Origin: Eledone cirrhosa | Lineage: Eukaryota | Assembly (NCBI GenBank): GCA_964016885.1 | Contig: OZ024743.1 | Span: forward strand, 43,214,001 to 43,278,000 | Reading direction: 5' to 3' | Length of the DNA: 64,000 nucleotides | Part shown: positions 58,352 to 64,000 of the stretch, piece after piece | How the letters are laid out: each line of letters starts with the position of its first letter | Numbering within the stretch: the stretch's first letter is position 1 | The notes under the pieces: model-generated | Told to the model about the DNA's origin: nothing | Database searches by the model: none | The model's input: the letters and a program-made list of their open reading frames with translations, nothing else | Position numbers and translations under genes: made by a program

Positions 58352-58996
58352 ACTCTGAATTAATGATCATGAAACGGCTTACGATATTCTGTCAAACATT
58401 ATTCAAGTGGCAAATAGCTGAAAAATATATCCGTAGGCAAATAATGCATTTGTACGTAAATTTACCCTGGGCGTCCTATTGCATTTGGTAAAAGAAATTT
58501 CACTAATGGACTCTAGCTAGACAACACCGCACTTTTATCCTTTAGGATATTTCTTTGCTCGGTAATGTTATAAAGAGCAAAAATAGAGTTATATAGAGAA
58601 AATTGCGTTGCAGAACGTTTTCGTCACCCCAACACATACATGACTATGTATTTCGGTTATAATAAAAGACACCTCAATAAGACAATATTTCCCTTACATT
58701 AATTGATGTTAATGTTACTAAAGTGGTAAGAAGTACATAAATAAAAAAAAAACTCTATTTACATAAAAGGTGACTTGAATGTTTAAATAGACTCCGAACA
58801 TGTATGCGTGTAAGTTGTATTTATGTAGAAAACAAGCGGATTTCTAACTGTATAATTGGGATTGTGACAGCACAGAGCCATGTCACGCATGTATATATTT
58901 GTCTGTGTGTATGTATGTATGTATGTATGCATGTGTACATATATATATATATATATATACGTGTATGTATGTATGTATGTATGTATGCATGTGTAC

Positions 58997-59061
<65 letters not shown>

Positions 59062-59067
<6 letters not shown>

Positions 59068-59290
59068 GACAGGGGGGAAGAAAAAATGGCTTCACTTGTG
59101 CTTTCAACAAATTTATTTTCTTCACAAAATCCAAAAAGAATTTTTCTTAAAAAAAATTATTTTATAAATTAAACAACTTAATTTATAAAATAATTATTTT
59201 TAAGAAAGATGTTTTTTAGATTTTGTGAAGAAAATAAATTTGTTGAAAGCACAAGTGAAGCCATTTTTTCTTCCCCCCTGTCTTAATATA
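59062..59290. repeat. Fold-back element (~100 bp arms) between (TA)n tracts
   Basis: ttaagacaggggggaagaaaaaatggcttcacttgtgctttcaac and its exact reverse complement at 59242-59286. Confidence 0.92.
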
Positions 59291-59319
59291 CCTAACTGTA
59301 CCAAGGATTACACACATTT

Positions 59320-59381
<62 letters not shown>

Positions 59382-59384
59382 ACA

Positions 59385-59512
59385 TTTAATATTCAACCAT
59401 ACTATTTCATTATAATATCATTATGATTTTAAGGGAGTGTAAATAAAACGAGTATATCAGACAAAGTTGGAATTCCTTTTATTAATATATATATATATAT
59501 ATATATATATAC

Positions 59513-59595
<83 letters not shown>

Positions 59596-59705
59596 TTCTT
59601 TTTTTTTTAAAAGGAATTCCACCTTTGTCTGATTTACTCGTTTTATTTACAAATCTTTAAAATTATAATGATATTATAATGAAATAGTATGGTAGAATAT
59701 TAAAG
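59385..59705. repeat. Inverted repeat (~95 bp arms) with (TA)n spacer
   Basis: ccatactatttcattataatatcattat..ggaattccttt and aaaggaattcc..ataatgatattataatgaaatagtatgg. Confidence 0.85.
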
Positions 59706-59851
59706 TTAAGTCTTAATTGACCAAGTACTTTCATGCTTTCGCAATCCTCAGGTTCATATTCTGTGGTGACAGTCAAGTTTGCATGAAAGTACTTGTTCAA
59801 TTAACACTTAACATTTATTATTCTACTATACTATTCATTATATATATATAT

Positions 59852-59926
<75 letters not shown>

Positions 59927-60479
59927 AATACTTGGCGAGTGTCGTCATATTTGTGTAATAATATTGCCAGAATTAATAACAGAGCACACTCACTGTTTGG
60001 TTGGTTTTCGCTTCTGTCTTTTGATATCGGTTAATTTAATTTATTCGGTCCTCAATGTTACCATTGACTGACCAACGGTCAAAAATAGATGCAATATAGA
60101 CACAAACACATATATATAGTCTAACAAAGTTATTTCGTTGCACGTCTGCAACATCGTCAGTGGTCCTATTATGCTTCCTCCCGTTGCATTGTATGCTTAT
60201 GCCATCTTTATTTACTGTTTATTTATTTATTTATTTGTTTATTTTTTGTCTTCTCTGCGCATGCGTTTGCGTGTGTGTATAGTGTTTTGTTTGATGTGTG
60301 TTCGTGTTTGGGTGACTGTGTATTGCTTATTGTATTCTATCTTAGTCTACTAGTGTCTGTTTATATATGTTTGTTGTTATTGTGCTTGTGTATGTATTTA
60401 TTTATTTATTTATACTTCTCTTATGTCAGTGTTGTTTGTTTGGGAGCTGTTGTTATTCCATTCATTTTTTTCTGTTTAG

Positions 60480-63134
60480 CCTTGGCCTTCTAAGTTCTAT
60501 TTCGCTGGCCTCTCTGATTTGCCTATCTGCTGGGTCATTTCTATGTTTAGATATTATTCTAATGTCTATGCTGTCTATGTTACCGTTGTGTTCTTGTCTG
60601 GCAATTTCGTATAGTACTGAACCGTTTTTTCGTCCTTTTAGTTCACCCCAGTTGTTGGTCTATCCTTTCACCTATGCTACGAGCCGTCTCGCCTATGTAT
60701 GCTATTGTCATGTTTCTGCAAGTACCCTCTGTACATCTTATGCTATAGACTACGTTTTTAGTTTTACAGTTTCTCCGGGGGTTTACTTTATATATGATAC
60801 ATTTCCTATTAGTACAGCGGGTTTTCTTAAAAGCGTAGGTTTGGCTGATCAGGGATGTTATGGTGGTTCCTCGCTTTTCTACCACCTTAATCTTTAAGTG
60901 GGTCTTTCTCAGGGCCTTTCTACATTGGTTAGCTAATTTCCCTCCAGGGGTAGCGTCCACAAACATGACACTCTGGTATCTCTGGTTGTCATACCATGAG
61001 GTGACCTTCCCTATCTTATCTTTAGTCCTATCTAAGCTATTCCATGATTTGCTTCTGTATAATGGGCAAATTCCTTTCATGTCCAATTCTATGACGGTCT
61101 TATACTTCTCCGTGGCTCCTTCGTATACTCTGATTACGTCTCTTTGTTTGTAGCCAGAGAACTGCATGCGGTTGATGAAGTGTTGGATGTGTCTTTCCAT
61201 TTCTGTTGGGTCGCACGTGCGGGACACGTTCTTCACCACTCGTACCAAGTCTGCGATCAGAATATTAAACTTAGCACTACTGGACATTGCTGAGTTTTTG
61301 AGTATCATGTATTTGGAGGCCATGGGTTTAGCATAGTGTGAGTGGAGAATTTGGGCTCTCTCGTCTATAGTGTTAATCCAGAGTTCCGTGTCTAATACAG
61401 GTAGTCTATTGTTAGGGTGTTTGGAAGGGTAGTCGATAGTTACAGTTATACTCTGGTGTATGGAATTAGCTAACTTCTGGATGCTTTCCATTGTGCTGCG
61501 TTCTAAATCAAACTTGTTAGTGCTCTCTTGTGGGGATGTCCTTATTACTATATTGATGTCGTCTACGTAACGAGAGTACATGATGAGGTCTATGGAACTC
61601 TCATCAAAGAGATCTTCGAGTCTCCTTTCCCACCATACCATAAAAAGGTTGGCAGCATCACCAGCTATGTTGAAGCCAATGGCTGCTCCCTCATTTTGGG
61701 TGTAGATCTTCTCGTTGAATTTGAATATGTGGTCTTTTAGGCTAGTTTTGATACTAGCCGATATTGCATGTGCGACCATTTTTATTACCTGATCATTGTT
61801 TTGGGGGGGGTCCGTATAGCTTTGGTCCACACAATACACCTTCCCATGTGAGTCTTTTTTGCCATTGAGATTATTGTGGGGGTCTACCTCTTATGGGTCT
61901 ACTAGGGCAGAAACGTTTAAGGTCATGGCTGTCTAGGTAGTCAGTGTCGTAGGTAAGTCTAAGCGGGAGGCCCAGTTCGTCTGTGTCGACGTCGCAGAAC
62001 TGCACCTCACTCTCAATGATCATCTCCACACATTTTTCCACAGCAAAATCAATGTTAATGGGTGGGTACAGTGATACCACATCCATACTGCCTATTATGC
62101 AGTTGGATAGGTTCCTGTTTTTGTTGCACTCTCTGATTCTGCTGAGGAGGTCCTCTGTACTGTCACATACATCTGGGGTCATCTTGATTATGGGGTGTAT
62201 AACCATTGAGAGGAAGTAGATCCTGTTGTTGCTAGCTATATTTGCTCCGCATTCAGGTCTTGTTGATGGTCTTGTTGTCGGGTCATCGACTGTCTTGTGA
62301 TCTCTGCGGACCCATACAAGGAGGGTATGCCATTATTAGACGACTGGAATTTGTTGGCCGTGCATCTGCATGGCTTTAGGATGTCGGTCCACATCATCAT
62401 GTGAGCGTTGAGGATTTTCTCTCTTCCATCATGTCTATTGACATCCTACCAGACTTATCCGTGGGTAGACATACTAGCTCACCATCCCTTGTGCGCTGCT
62501 TGAGGCTGACCAAGCCTTCTACATGTTTCCTCCCATGTGGTTGGACTTCTGGTCTGCTCTGTCTCTTAATATACCGGTCTACTATTTGTCTAATCTTATT
62601 TCTAGCTATGGTGAACTGTGCCTCTGTCTTGGCATCTATTTGTTGTGGTATGCAAACCCTTTTATTAAAGGGTAACCTTGTAGGATAGATATTACCCATC
62701 TTATATGTTTTGTCAGCTGGGTTGAAGAAGAGTTTCTCTAAGGGGTTGTCATTATATCTATCGTCGTAGTTGTGTGGGTTGCTAATATTGTTATTATGGT
62801 GGTTGTTGCTGTTCCTATCATTAGCATTATTATTATTGTTATGATTGCTAGATATATTGTTGCTGTGATTGTTATATGTATTGTTGTTGTTTTCTCCACA
62901 GTTATTGTTGTTGTTACTGTTATTTCTACCGTTGTGGTTGTTACTTTTATGGTTCTTGTTTGTGTTGTTGTTGTGTCTATCATTAATATTGCTACATATA
63001 TTATTTCTATTATTACCACTGTGGTTGTTGTTGTTGTTATTCGTAGTGTTACCGTTATTACTTATGTGGTCGCTGCTGCTATGTCTGTCGTTAATGTTTC
63101 TATTATTACCACTGCAGTTCTCTGCTACAACCAA
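60480..63134 (-). pseudogene. Penelope RT-GIY-YIG ORF, frameshifted, with Asn-rich low-complexity N-terminal segment
   Basis: LPTDKSGRM, GSMDVVSLYP, YTQNEGAAIG, YSRYVDDI, LPVLD, HYAKPMAS, NVVYSIRC..YIGETARSIGER. Confidence 0.92.
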
Positions 63135-63650
63135 AGAGATAGAATCAGAGTATACGAAGGAGCCACGGAGAAGTATAAGACCCTCATAGAACTGGACATG
63201 AAAGGAATTTGCCCATTATACAGGAGCAAATCATGGAATAGCTTAGATAGGACTAGACATAAGTTAGGGAAAGCCACCTCATGGTACGACAACCAGAGAT
63301 ACCAGAGTGTCATGTTTGTGGACGCTACCCCTGCATGGAAATTAGCTAACCAATGTAGAAAGGCCCTGAGAAAGACTCACTTAAAGATTAAGGTGGTAGA
63401 AAAGCCAGGAACCACCATAAAATCCCTGATCAGCCAAACCTACCCTTTTAAGAAAACCCACTGTACTAATAGGAAATTTATCATTTATCAGATAAACTGT
63501 AAAACTAGAAACGTAGTCTATAGCATAAGATGTACAGACGGTACTTGCAGAAACATGACAACAGCATACATAGGCGAGACGGCTTGTAGCATAGGTGAAA
63601 GGATAGACCAACACTGGGGGGAACAACAACCTGACCTAAGAGAAGTATAA
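63113..63650 (+). pseudogene. Inverted duplicate of the PLE C-terminus including the GIY-YIG start
   Basis: IRVYEGATEKYK..NVVYSIRCTDGTC..YIGETACSIGER, near-identical to the 60643-61167 segment. Confidence 0.9.
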
Positions 63651-64000
63651 ATAAATAAATAAATAAATACATACACAAGCACAATAACAACAAACAAATA
63701 TAAACACACACTAGTAAACTAAGGTAGAATACAATAACCAATACACAGTCACCCAAACACGAACACACATCAAACAAAAGACTATACACACACGCAAACG
63801 CATGCGCAGAGAAGACAAAAATAAACAAATAAATAAATAAATAAACAGAGTAAATAAAGATGGCGTAAGCATACAATGCAACGGGAGGAAACATAATAGC
63901 ACCACTGACTATGTTGCAGATGTGCAACGAAAGAACTTTGTTAGACTATATAATTGTTTGTGTCTATATTATAACTGTTTGTTTGACCGTTGGTCAGTCA

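Larger units (their letters stand above)
59923..64000 (-). mobile_element. Penelope-like element (second family) with an inverted copy of its 3' part at the 5' side; runs off the window
   Basis: Minus-strand RT/GIY-YIG. 63113-64000 on the plus strand repeats the 3' part of the ORF and the UTR. Confidence 0.9.

Noticed and set aside
62772-63112. Hydrophobic Val/Ile-rich membrane-like N-terminus of the 292-aa ORF
   Set aside because: It is the antisense reading of the Asn-rich tract, fused by the inversion junction.

Overview
Eukaryotic, AT-rich, microsatellite-dense DNA with one 200-N scaffold gap. The dominant tRNA-type SINE and the abundant (TA)n/(CA)n tracts suggest an octopod cephalopod, which is an inference. 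No host gene is recognisable. The window holds the 3' end of an R4/Dong-type RLE LINE with a (TAA)n tail, about six Penelope-like element (PLE) copies or fragments (RT and/or GIY-YIG, several with inverted pseudo-LTRs), a decayed Helitron that has lost its HUH motif, a related non-autonomous Helitron end, RTE and APE-LINE fragments, SINEs and a Tc1-type MITE. A ~7.3 kb array of 511-bp units has a 4-unit (2043 bp) higher-order repeat. The most striking pattern is a set of ORF-less tandem or fold-back elements bounded by (TA)n. Many carry type I hammerhead ribozyme motifs read by eye, including U3-A8 core variants, and in two of them the fold-back junction falls inside the CUGANGA box. These look like non-autonomous, retrozyme-like PLE derivatives. 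All structures were identified by manual reading, and none were computed.
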